A stretch of DNA of 13,004 bases from Octopus sinensis (lineage: Eukaryota): the NCBI RefSeq assembly GCF_006345805.1, contig NW_021826446.1, positions 1 to 13,004 of the forward strand, given 5' to 3'. Of the stretch, positions 1 to 9,696 are shown piece after piece. Each line of letters starts with the position of its first letter. Position 1 is the stretch's first letter. The position numbers were made by a program, and so were the translations under genes. The notes under the pieces are model-generated. The model was not told the DNA's origin and made no database searches. It saw nothing but the letters and a program-made list of their open reading frames with translations.

Positions 1-68
1 TACTAAAGGCGATGCTCCAGCATGGCCACAGTCACATGACTGAAACATGTAAAAGAGTAAAGAGTAAA
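1..68 (+). mobile_element. 3' end and (AAAGAGT)n tail of a CORE-type SINE, truncated by the window edge
   Basis: Reverse complement matches the ends of the copies at 2606 and 9697 (gatgctccagcatggcc...tgactgaaaca...aaagagtaaagagt). Confidence 0.85.
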
Positions 69-234
69 TCTGAACACTCAATTATTGCACCATACCATAT
101 ACTAACACTAATAATACCAATACCATAATATTATTAGCAAACCACAAGCATATAAATTATTGGTCAAGGTACTAATGTCCAATGCAATTGGTAAAATTCG
201 ATTGCAAACGTAAAGTTGTAAACTTCATGACTCT

Positions 235-297
235 AACTGTTATATAGGTTTTACAAATAGAACATTCTATTATTGGTTTACTTACGACAAGAAGTAA
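235..297 (+). pseudogene. Possible decayed GIY-YIG endonuclease fragment of a Penelope-like element
   Basis: Translates NCYIGFTNRTFYYWFTYDKK*, resembling the YIGxTxRxFxxRxxxH motif with R and H lost. Stops on both sides. Confidence 0.3.
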
Positions 298-794
298 ATA
301 CAATGCATTATACAACAAATCACAAGCCAAAACTTCATGCAAAAATCATTAGTGGACAATACATCTATACTCTACAATACATCTATACTCTACTGATTTC
401 CTCACAAAATAAATGTTCAGTGATGGAAGCAGTGTTCACATCACGGCACAGTGCTAAAAGAAACACACAGGCAGTGTGTACCAGTCTTAAAAAGTAATAA
501 ACTAATGGCGTATAGATATCATGGTCAAAAATTCGTAGTATCTAGATGAAATCACATTGGCCCTGCCTATTATAAAGCGGCAACAACACACCCCAGCATC
601 ACCTTATTCTGGAGATCAAACTGGGAAAATATAAAAACGTTGATGATGGATTAAAGAAAATTTACTGCTTCAATGATATTGCAAAAGAACTCAAAGAAAA
701 AATGTTAACACCCACATCTTAAACCAAAAGAAAAAAAAAAACTTGATAAATATAAAAACGAACATGGTCGTATTTTCAATACGCCATACACACT

Positions 795-824
795 TGTGTG
801 TGTGTGTGTGTGTGTGTGCGTGTG
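795..824. repeat. (GT)n microsatellite
   Basis: Direct reading. Confidence 0.95.
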
Positions 825-957
825 TTTTGGCGCTCAGAACAGGCTGAGATAAACAGCTTTCAGCTTGAATCTAGAAGTGCATCATTGAACCACCATTTTG
901 TGTAAGGAATCTCTGAATCTGTTTCTCTCCCATCTCTTCATACATATATATATTGTG

Positions 958-960
<3 letters not shown>

Positions 961-1017
<57 letters not shown>

Positions 1018-1430
1018 TATATTATATATATATATATATAACGTTTATATATATAACGTTTTATTCTGTATGTATGTATGTATGTATGTATGTATGTATT
1101 ATATGTATTGTATGTATGTATGTATGCATGTATGTATGTATGTATGTATGTATGTATGTATGTATGTATGTATGTATGCATGCATGTATGTATGTATGTA
1201 TGTATGTATATATGTATGTATGTGGTATGTATGTTTGTATGTATGTATGTATGTATGTAGTATGTATGTATGTATGTATTTATATGTATTGTATGTATGT
1301 ATGTATGCATGTATTATGTATGTATGTGTGTATGTATGTATGTATGTGTGTATGTATGTATGTATGTATTATGTATGTATGTATATATGTATGTATGTAT
1401 GCATGTATTGTATGTATATATGTATGTATG

Positions 1431-1464
<34 letters not shown>

Positions 1465-1644
1465 TGTATGCATGCATGTATGTATGTTTGTATGTATGTA
1501 TGTATGTATGTATGTATGTATGTATGTATGTGTGTATGTATGTATGTATGTATGTATGTATGTATGTATTGTATGTATATATGTATGTATGTATGCATGC
1601 ATGTATGTATGTGTGTATGTATGTATGTATGTATGTATTGTATG

Positions 1645-1678
<34 letters not shown>

Positions 1679-1728
1679 TGTATGTATGTATGTATGTATG
1701 TATGTATGTATGTATGCATGTGTGTATG
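961..1728. repeat. Compound microsatellite: (TA)n 961-1055, then imperfect (TATG)n 1068-1728
   Basis: Direct reading. Source of the MYVC/HTYI ORFs. Confidence 0.97.
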
Positions 1729-1881
1729 TGGCCAACCTCCCTCGCAAAGTCTTCTCTAGAACAATATTTCGTTATTGTTGAGTGGTTATTTCATCAGTTC
1801 ATCACTTCAACTTCTGAAATTATATTACTGACCAGTTTCTAGATGACTGATGAGCATTGGTCGTTACAGACATCAGCATTG

Positions 1882-1970
1882 CACCACCACACCACCACCA
1901 CCACCACCACCACCACCACCACCACCACCCCACCACCACCACCACACCACCAATACCACCGCCACTGCCG
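1882..1970. repeat. (CAC)n trinucleotide tract
   Basis: Direct reading. Confidence 0.93.
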
Positions 1971-2029
1971 CCGCCATTACAACATCACAGAACACCACCA
2001 CACCAACACCACAACACACCAAATCTTGA

Positions 2030-2605
2030 GTGATAAAAAAAAAAAAAATGAAAGATAGAGAGAAGATAACAAAGGATGAAAAAAAAAGTATGAAAGCAGA
2101 AAACAAAGAGAAAAATAACAAACTAAAAAAAAATCAGAACGTGCCCCCCCCCAAAAAAAAATTAACAAAAACGACAAGTAAAAAATAAAAAAAAAAGAAT
2201 AAGAAAGAAAAGATAAAGAGAGAAAGAATGCGAAGAAGGGAGAGAGAAAATAATGTTTTCCTTTCTTCTAATGAGTTTCTTTAATAGTTCCAGATATTTC
2301 CGATTGACAACAGACGTTGGTTCCGTCTTCATAATCTTTGTGGCTGTGTTTTTATTTTTTCAAAGAAGGAAAATAAAAAAACAAATGTTTCACCACCGTT
2401 GCCCCCCCTCTTTTTTTTGTTTTTCTATTGACTTTTTTTAAAAAACTTTTATTGCCTAACTTTTTCTTTTTTTTTTTTTTTTTAAAATTCTTTCTTCTTT
2501 TCTTCATTTCTTTCTCATCGCTTTCCAACTTTCCTTTTTTTTTCTTCTTTTATTCTTTCATTCTTCCTTTTCTAATAATCATTGTTGTCGTTGTTGTTGT
2601 TGTTA
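2030..2605. repeat. Low-complexity A/G-rich then T/C-rich tracts
   Basis: Composition switches near 2255. No exact inverted match between the two tracts. Confidence 0.75.
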
Positions 2606-3014
2606 TACTCTTTTTACTTGTTTCAGTCGTTTGACTGCGGCCATGCTGGAGCACCACCTTTTTAGTCGAGCAATTTGACCCCGGGACTTATTCTTTTGTA
2701 AGCCCAGTACTTATTCTATCGGTCTCTTTTGCCGAACCGCTAAGTGACGGGGACGTAAACACACCAGCATCGGTTGTCAAGTAATGCTAGGGGGACAAAC
2801 ACAGACACGCAAACACACACACAAATACATATTTATATATATACATATATACGACAGGCTTCTTTCAGTTTCCGTCTACCAAATCCACTCACAAGGCATT
2901 GGTCGTCCCGGGGCTATAGCAGAAGACACTTGCCCAAGATGCCACGCAGTGGGACTGAACCCGGAACCATGTGGTTGGTTAGCAAGCTACTTACCACACA
3001 GCCACTCCTGCGCC
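2606..3014 (-). mobile_element. Full-length tRNA-derived CORE-type SINE (octopus OR1/OR2-like)
   Basis: A box TGGCTGTGTGG (3004-2994), B box GGTTCAGTCCC (2961-2951), CORE-like ACCTTGGGCAAGTGTCTT-type segment, internal CA/TA microsatellite and AGAGT tail. Inserted in a (GTT)n tract. Confidence 0.88.
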
Positions 3015-3034
3015 TATGGTTGTTATGGTTGTTA

Positions 3035-3040
3035 TTTATT
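3035..3040 (-). promoter_or_regulatory. Putative polyadenylation signal AATAAA of the candidate gene
   Basis: TTTATT on + at 3035-3040, about 60 nt after the predicted stop. The region is low complexity, so it may be chance. Confidence 0.35.
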
Positions 3041-3100
3041 ATCATTTTGTTATTGTTGTTGTTGTTGTTATTGTTGTCAACAGCATTGCCGATATTGTCG

Positions 3101-3229
3101 TTATTCTTGTAATAATGTTCTGTACAGCGGAGGCAGCCGAACATCGACGAAGGGTTTCGCTGTTGCCCCATCATATACCAAGAAGTCGAACGAACAATGA
3201 GCTGAGTTGACCAGAAATTCAAATGGAAC
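3101..3229 (-). CDS. Candidate terminal coding exon 4 (VPFEFLVNSAHCSFDFLVYDGATAKPFVDVRLPPLYRTLLQE*)
   Basis: Strong acceptor TTTCTCTCGTTTTCAG|, phase 0, 42 codons to TAA at 3103-3101, and AATAAA about 60 nt downstream. Confidence 0.6.
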   Translation of the reverse strand, partial: VPFEFLVNSAHCSFDFLVYDGATAKPFVDVRLPPLYRTLLQE

Positions 3230-3539
3230 CTGAAAACGAGAGAAATTCGTGATAACACATTTGATCATCGATTATGTTTAGTGGAAATATAGGCGCATCA
3301 GATGCTGCTTAATCCTGGATCAACTCCGATTGAACACATCTACACCATCTCCTCGACTTAGGACCGAGTTCCGTTCCGACTGACAGGTCGTAAGTCGATC
3401 TGGTCGTATGTTGGATTTATATTTTTCAGCACTATCTTTATTCAACCGCAACTGATGGTTGAAAGCGACTGAGTAAGACATTGGGTAAGAGATTGTTGTC
3501 AGATGGTGTTATTAGTTATTGTACGTGCAGCTGACCAAC

Positions 3540-3739
3540 GCCTTGTATCTTTGTTGGAAACTGCCTCCCACCTCAGTGGAAGATTTATAATAATCAAAAA
3601 ATAGAAGATACATACATACATACACACATACATACATACATATGTATGTATGTATGTATGTTTGCATGTATCTTCTATTTTTTGATTATTATAAATCTTC
3701 CACTGAGGTGGGAGGCAGTTTCCAACAAAGATACAAGGC
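3540..3739. repeat. 200-bp palindrome: 74-bp perfect arms around a self-complementary (TACA)n/(TGTA)n centre
   Basis: 3540-3613 is the exact reverse complement of 3666-3739. The 52-nt centre also pairs around CATATG (3639-3644) with few mismatches. Confidence 0.97.
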
Positions 3740-3916
3740 TCCATCTTTGGGATGTAGTTAACACAGACAAATTCATATTTGGAACTTGAGAAAAAGCTTG
3801 CATATTTTTACTGTTCCACTCACTAATTGTACTTGTAATGTATGAATTAGCCAGTCGATTTCTCTTTCTGAGAACCTCAGTTTATCCAGATTCTCCTTTA
3901 AGCATTTACTAACAAA
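3666..3916 (-). mobile_element. 5'-truncated non-LTR retrotransposon 3' end (RLE-type, R4/Dong- or NeSL/Hero-like), copy A
   Basis: Encodes FVSKCLKENLDKLRFSEREIDWLIHTLQVQLVSGTVKICKLFLKFQI* (stop 3775-3773), then a 3'UTR and (CATA)n. Typical of the C-terminus following the restriction-like endonuclease. Confidence 0.7.
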
Positions 3917-4268
3917 ATGTATGTATGTATGTATGTATGTATGTATGTATGTATGTATGTATGTATGTATGTATGTATGTATGTATGTATGTATGTATGT
4001 ATGTATATATGTATTTATGTATGTATGTATGTATGTATGTATGCATGCATGTATGTATGTGTGTATGTATGTATGTATGTATGTATGTATGCATGCATGC
4101 ATGTGTGTATGTATGTATATATGTATGTATATATGTATTTATGTATGTATGTATGTATGTGTGTACGTATGTATACCTGCATGCAAACATATATACATGC
4201 ATGCATGTGTCTATTATGTATATATGTATATATACATGTATGTTTGCATGTATGTATGCATGTATATA
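3917..4268. repeat. (TATG)n microsatellite between the two LINE fragments
   Basis: Direct reading. Confidence 0.96.
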
Positions 4269-4603
4269 GGTGTGATTTTTATTTGAGTTCTTCAGAGAGT
4301 TCAAGCCAGTTGCTGCTAAGAAAGATCTGAGTTTAGAGAGTTCCCGGTGTTTGTAAATATACGGCTGACTTGGTTTGTTGGTTGAATTGTCGATGCATAC
4401 ACCCAAGTGTGTGCGTCTATTCTCATACGAATCTCAGATGAAGAATATTGGGAATGTTTTACACATCTTCACTGTGCCACTAATAGATTGGTTTAGGAGA
4501 ATCCACATCAGCTTCTTTAGTTCTTTATCTGTGAAACCGAGTATTTTTAGATTTTTGTGCAAATTTGATGGTACGTAACCTAATGCACCCGTGACAATTC
4601 CTT
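4269..4603 (-). mobile_element. 5'-truncated RLE-type LINE 3' end, copy B (different family)
   Basis: Encodes IVTGALGYVPSNLHKNLKILGFTDKELKKLMWILLNQSISGTVKMCKTFPIFFI* (stop 4436-4434) with the IVxGALG motif. 3'UTR has AATAAA at 4283-4278. (CATA)n on both sides. Confidence 0.75.
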
Positions 4604-4604
4604 T

Positions 4605-4925
4605 GTATGTATGTATGTATGTATGTATGTATGTATGTATGTATGTATGTATGTATGTATGTATGTATGTATGTATGTATGCATGTATGTATGCATGTAT
4701 GTATGTATGTGTGTATGTATGTATGTATGTATGTATGTATGTATGTATGTATGTATGTATGTATGTATGTATGTGTGTATGTATGTATGTATGCATGTAT
4801 GTATGTATGTATGTATGTATGTATGTATGTATGTATGTATGTGTGTGTATGTATGTATGTATGTATGTATGTATGTATGTATGCATGTACGTATGTGTAT
4901 GGATGCATGCATATATGTATTCAAG
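4605..4925. repeat. (TATG)n microsatellite
   Basis: Direct reading. Confidence 0.96.
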
Positions 4926-5346
4926 TATATATCGTTACTATTATGTCAAACTCTTCTAAGTCCAAATGCGGTCAAATGCGTTCTTTCAATATTTATTTTT
5001 GCTTACAATAGCCGGTTCTTTTGGTCAAACTATCGTATCTCCAGCTGCTTCAGATGCCAAGACATCAAAAACTATCAAAGTGTAGTACAACGGTTTTGCT
5101 ATGGAATAGTGAAACTATTTTTTCGTTCTCTGAAAAAGCAACGCTTTAGACTTACAAAGCAAGATTATGTATGTGCATGTATATACGTTTCTATGTTTCA
5201 AGTTATATGAGCCACTGTTTTGCACTTACACATTTGAAGTTCTGCATAGAGGCACATTTTCAAGGATATAGTCTGCGACTATGCGACCTTTATAAAACTT
5301 TCCACAGACCTGGTCAATACCGCATGTTACTACTTGTATCTATGTA

Positions 5347-7426
5347 GGCAAGGTGGCGAGCTGGCAGAAACGTTAGCACGCCGGGCGAAATGCGTAGCCG
5401 TATTTCGTCTGCCGTTACGTTCTGGGTTCAGACTCCGCCGAGGTCGACTTTGCCTTTCATCCTTTCGGGGTCGATAAATTAAGTACCAGTTACGCACTGG
5501 GGTCGATATAATTGATTTAATCCGTTTGTCTGTCCTTGTTTGTCCCCTCTATGTTTAGCTCTTTGTAGGTAGTAAAGAAATAGGTATTTCGTCTGTCGTT
5601 ACGTTCTGAGTTCAAATTCCGCCGAGGTCGACTTTGCCTTTCATCCTTTCGGGGTCGATTAAATAAGTACCAGTTACGCACTGGGATCGATATAATCGAT
5701 TTAATCCGTTTGTCTGTCCTTGTTTGTCCCCTCTGTGTTTAGCCCCTTGTGGGTAGTAAAGAAATAGGTATTTCGTCTGTCGTTACGTTCTAAGTTCAAA
5801 TTCCGCCGAGGTCAACTTTGCCTTTCATCCTTTCGGGGTCGATAAATTAAGTACCAGTTAGGCACTGGGGTCGATGCAATCGATATAATCCGTTTGTCTG
5901 TCCTTGTTTGTCCCCTCTGTGTTTAGCCCCTTGTGGGTAGTAAAGAAATAGGTATTTCGTCTGTCGTTACGTTCTAAGTTCAAATTCCGCCGAGGTCGAC
6001 TTTGCCTTTCATCCTTTCGGGGTCGATAAATTAAGTACCAGTTAGGCACTGGAATCGATGCAATCGATATAATCCGTTTGTCTGTCCTTGTTTGTCCCCT
6101 CTGTGTTTAGCCCCTTGTGGGTAGTAAAGAAATAGGTATTTCGTCTGTCGTTACGTTCTAAGTTCAAATTCCGCCGAGGTCGACTTTGCCCTTCATCCTT
6201 TCGGGGTCGATAAATTAAGTACCAGTTACGCACTGGGGTCGATGCAATCGATATAATCCGTTTGTCTGTCCTTGTTTGTCCCCTCTGTGTTTAGCCCCTT
6301 GTGGGTAGTAAAGAAATAGGTATTTCGTCTGTCGTTACGTTCTAAGTTCAAATTCCGCCGAGGTCGACTTTGCCTTTCCTCCTTTCGGGGTCGATAAATT
6401 AAGTACCAGTTAGGCACTGGAATCGATGCAATCGATATAATCCGTTTGTCTGTCCTTGTTTGTCCCCTCTATGTTTGGCCCCTTGTGGGTAGTAAAGAAA
6501 TAGGTATTTCGTCTGTCGTTACGTTCTAAGTTCAAATTCCGCCGAGGTCGACTTTGCCTTTCATCCTTTCGGGGTCGATAAATTAAGCACCAGTTAGGCA
6601 CTGGAATCGATGCAATCGATATAATCCGTTTGTCTGTCCTTGTTTGTCCCCTCTATGTTTGGCCCCTTGTGGGTAGTAAAGAAATAGGTATTTCGTCTGT
6701 CGTTACGTTCTAAGTTCAAATTCCGCCGAGGTCGACTTTGCCTTTCATCCTTTCGGGGTCGATAAATTAAGTACCAGTTAGGCACTGGAATCGATGCAAT
6801 CGATATAATCCGTTTGTCTGTCCTTGTTTGTCCCCTCTATGTTTGGCCCCTTGTGGGTAGTAAAGAAATAGGTATTTCGTCTGTCGTTACGTTCTAAGTT
6901 CAAATTCCGCCGAGGTCGACTTTGCCTTTCATCCTTTCGGGGTCGATAAATTAAGTACCAGTTAGGCACTGGGGTCGATGCAATCGATATAATCCGTTTG
7001 TCTGTCCTTGTTTGTCCCCTCTATGTTTGGCCCCTTGTGGGTAGTAAAGAAATAGGTATTTCGTCTGTCGTTACGTTCTAAGTTCAAATTCCGCCGAGGT
7101 CGACTTTGCCTTTCATCCTTTCGGGGTCGATAAATTAAGTACCAGTTAGGCACTGGGGTCGATGCAATCGATATAATCCGTTTGTCTGTCCTTGTTTGTC
7201 CCCTCTATGTTTGGCCCCTTGTGGGTAGTAAAGAAATAGTATTTCGTCTGTCGTTACGTTCTAAGTTTCAAAATTCCGCCGAGGTCGACTTTGCCTTTCA
7301 TCCTTTCGGGGTCGATAAATTAAGTACCAGTTAGGCACTGGGGTCGATGCAATCGATATAATCCGTTTGTCTGTCCTTGTTTGTCCCCTCTGTGTTTAGC
7401 CCCTTGTGGGTAGTAAAGAAATATAT
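5347..7426 (+). mobile_element. Second tRNA-derived SINE family: one 53-bp head plus 11 tandem body units, inserted with a 13-bp TSD
   Basis: A-box-like TGGCGAGCTGG near 5354 and B box GGTTCAGACTCC at 5425-5436. TTGTATCTATGTA at 5334-5346 and 7427-7439. The central GCCTTTCATCCTTTCGGGGTCGATAAATTAAGTACC resembles a conserved SINE central domain (Meta-like; from recollection). Confidence 0.85.
5400..7423 (+). repeat. Tandem array, 11 x ~184 bp
   Basis: Units start GTATTTCGTCTG at 5400, 5584, 5768, 5952, 6136, 6320, 6504, 6688, 6872, 7056 and 7239. Confidence 0.98.
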
Positions 7427-7485
7427 TTGTATCTATGTATGTTTATATGTGTACATGTTTCTACATATACGTATGCGCACATATA

Positions 7486-7487
<2 letters not shown>

Positions 7488-7519
<32 letters not shown>
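7488..7519. repeat. (GT)n microsatellite
   Basis: Direct reading. Confidence 0.95.
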
Positions 7520-7521
<2 letters not shown>

Positions 7522-7714
7522 TGTGGTCAGGTTGCTTGAGAGTGTTACCGGTAATGCGTAATGTTTTGGACGCTCTGCGGGATGAAATGCATAACTTTGT
7601 GAAGAGCAGATGAACTCAGAGGAGTCAATAACCATCGACTAATCTGCACACACGACTGTGCATGTTTAGTACCAGTTTCCATTTGTTCAGTGGAGCATGC
7701 AACAAACAAGTTAC

Positions 7715-7780
7715 CTTCCCAACACCTTCTATGTCGACGGTAGCAGGAAGGCAACGGCAACTGGTGCAGCTGGCAACATA
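7715..7780 (-). CDS. Candidate coding exon 3 (YVASCTSCRCLPATVDIEGVGK)
   Basis: Acceptor TTGTCTATCATCAG| and donor AAG|GTAACT. 66 nt, phase 0 to 0, open, 3 Cys. Confidence 0.55.
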
Positions 7781-8195
7781 CTGATGATAGACAATGATGG
7801 ACAATGATGGACAAACAGCCGTAGTCTCTGGTGCACGCAGCGTGTGGTGTAGTTGTGAGCAGTCGTCATTCTCTTACCTATCAAGGGATTACGTTCCTTG
7901 TTCAAGTGCTGCGTAGTCAGTGAAGGTCTTCATTGATTGATGTTGAAACTTCTTGAAGTTACAGACGGAGGACACTCGCCACAAAGATCATCAGGAATCA
8001 CACATTTATGGCAATGAAATATCATTTCGTCCGTCATTTCAGGCGCATGGGTGTTCTGGTATAGGCGAGGGTATTGCATTGATTCATTGATCCTTTGACT
8101 TTGCGTCTCTAGCTGAAATCCTGAGTCATTTTCTTCATTGATCGCCAGTTGGGGTATCATGACAACCTTAGATATCTCCCTTTTCTGGTTCCCTT

Positions 8196-8197
<2 letters not shown>

Positions 8198-8262
<65 letters not shown>

Positions 8263-8280
8263 CAACACACACACACACAT
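8198..8280. repeat. (CA)n microsatellite
   Basis: Direct reading. Confidence 0.96.
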
Positions 8281-8426
8281 CACTGTATCACTGCATCGAT
8301 TAGACTATCAGATGTTTTTATACAACACAGGTCACAATGCTTTTCCTCCTATTGTCTCCCTGAGAGTAAACTTAATACGCTCTTCCTTTTGTCCTTTCAT
8401 TTCGTCTTTGCGTTTTTCTGATGACC

Positions 8427-8434
8427 ACATACAT

Positions 8435-8471
<37 letters not shown>

Positions 8472-8538
8472 CGCATGCATGCATGCATGCATGCATGCAT
8501 ACATACATACACATACATACATACATACATACATGCAT

Positions 8539-8574
<36 letters not shown>

Positions 8575-9023
8575 GCATGCATGCATACATACATACATAC
8601 ATACATACATACATACATACATACATACATACATACATACATACATACAAACATACATACATACAAACATACATGCATACATACGTACATGCATACATAC
8701 ATACATACGTATATACATACATACATACATACAAACATACATGCATACATACATACAAACATACATACATACAAACATACATGCATACATACATACATGC
8801 ATACATACATACATACGTATATACATACATACATACGTACATGCATACATACATGCATACATGCAAACAGACATACATACATACATACATACAAACATAC
8901 ATACATACAAACATACATACATACATACATACATACATACATACAAACTTACATACATACAAACATACATACATACATACATACATGCATACATACATAC
9001 ATACATACATACATGCATATATA
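8427..9023. repeat. Imperfect (CATA)n microsatellite, opposite polarity to the TATG tracts
   Basis: Direct reading. Confidence 0.96.
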
Positions 9024-9174
9024 TATTAAGATTAATGTAAAAAATAAATAACGCTGAAGCAAAGTAACACCAAATATACAGTGCGTGTGTTTTTATTGCC
9101 TAAACTGGTAAAATGACCATTCCTAAATACAACAATATCTGCTTCAACCACGATTTCACATCAAAATCTTGCAA

Positions 9175-9177
<3 letters not shown>

Positions 9178-9268
<91 letters not shown>
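9178..9268. repeat. (TA)n microsatellite
   Basis: Direct reading. Confidence 0.96.
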
Positions 9269-9272
<4 letters not shown>

Positions 9273-9465
9273 TAATCAAACAAGAAAACACAAAAAACAC
9301 CACCACAACGCGAGGACGTGGAACAAATATAGTATTATTGGACGCTCAGGAAAGAAGGAGGGTTTAACGTTTCGAGCGGAGCTCTTCGTCGGAAACATAG
9401 GAGAAGGAAAGATCCAGAGAAGGGAAGACAGAGGAAAAAACATCGCCAACGGTACACACGAAGTC
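9269..9465 (-). mobile_element. Short non-coding element carrying the hammerhead, between two (TA)n tracts; probably a Penelope-like terminal-repeat fragment
   Basis: About 200-bp complex sequence bounded by TA repeats. Minimal hammerheads are an established feature of Penelope-like elements. Confidence 0.5.
9362..9396 (-). ncRNA. Minimal type I hammerhead ribozyme motif (U4C variant)
   Basis: GUUU-CCGACGA-A-GAGC(UCC)GCUC-GAAAC-GU-U-AAAC: 4-bp stem I, 4-bp stem II, palindromic ACGU stem III and a GUU cleavage triplet. Confidence 0.7.
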
Positions 9466-9478
9466 ATATATATATATA

Positions 9479-9617
9479 TCCATGTAGGACTAAAGGCAAG
9501 AGTACGAAGAGTCCTTTTCCAGATCATCTCTATCCTTTCCCTTTATCTCTCTTCCACTTGCCTTATTCCTATATTTATTATCTCTCTTCGCCCCCCTCCC
9601 TATCCCTGTACCGTTTT
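9479..9617 (+). repeat. Left arm of an inverted repeat pair (partner 10455-10599)
   Basis: About 85% identical by hand alignment to the reverse complement of 10455-10599. Confidence 0.92.
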
Positions 9618-9696
9618 CTAACGGGCTTCTAACTGGAGTGTTATCCGGGCAAAATACTTTATAAGCTCTCCGTTAATACTCCAGGGTAACAATATT

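Noticed and set aside
845-900. Minus-strand CTSRFKLKAV resembling a pogo/Brinker-type DNA-binding motif
   Set aside because: About 10 residues between stops, with no TIR or further transposase similarity.
1771-1812. CUGAUGA...CGAAA spacing on the minus strand resembling a second hammerhead
   Set aside because: The 20-nt spacer cannot form stem II and stem I is out of register (G at position 17). At most a decayed relic.
5858-7153. Seven near-identical 63-aa minus-strand ORFs
   Set aside because: A by-product of the 184-bp period, antisense to a SINE body, with no protein features.
5400-7423. CRISPR array or retrozyme interpretation of the tandem array
   Set aside because: No unique spacers and a eukaryotic context. 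No CUGANGA/GAAA hammerhead core on either strand of the unit.
7697-7807. Plus-strand TFYVDGSRKATATGAAG resembling the RNase H first motif or a LamG strand
   Set aside because: Later catalytic motifs are absent and the frame closes. It is the antisense of candidate exon 3.
7551-7908. Additional small minus-strand exon candidates (26 nt near 7551-7576; 31 nt near 7878-7908)
   Set aside because: Either one alone breaks the reading frame of the model. Left out without transcript data.
882-9051. Long MYVC/HTYI/CVCV/YIYI ORFs from the ORF track
   Set aside because: They are translations of (TATG)n, (CA)n and (TA)n repeats, which lack stops in several frames. Only the LINE-derived tails of 3773-4102 and 4434-4886 are meaningful.
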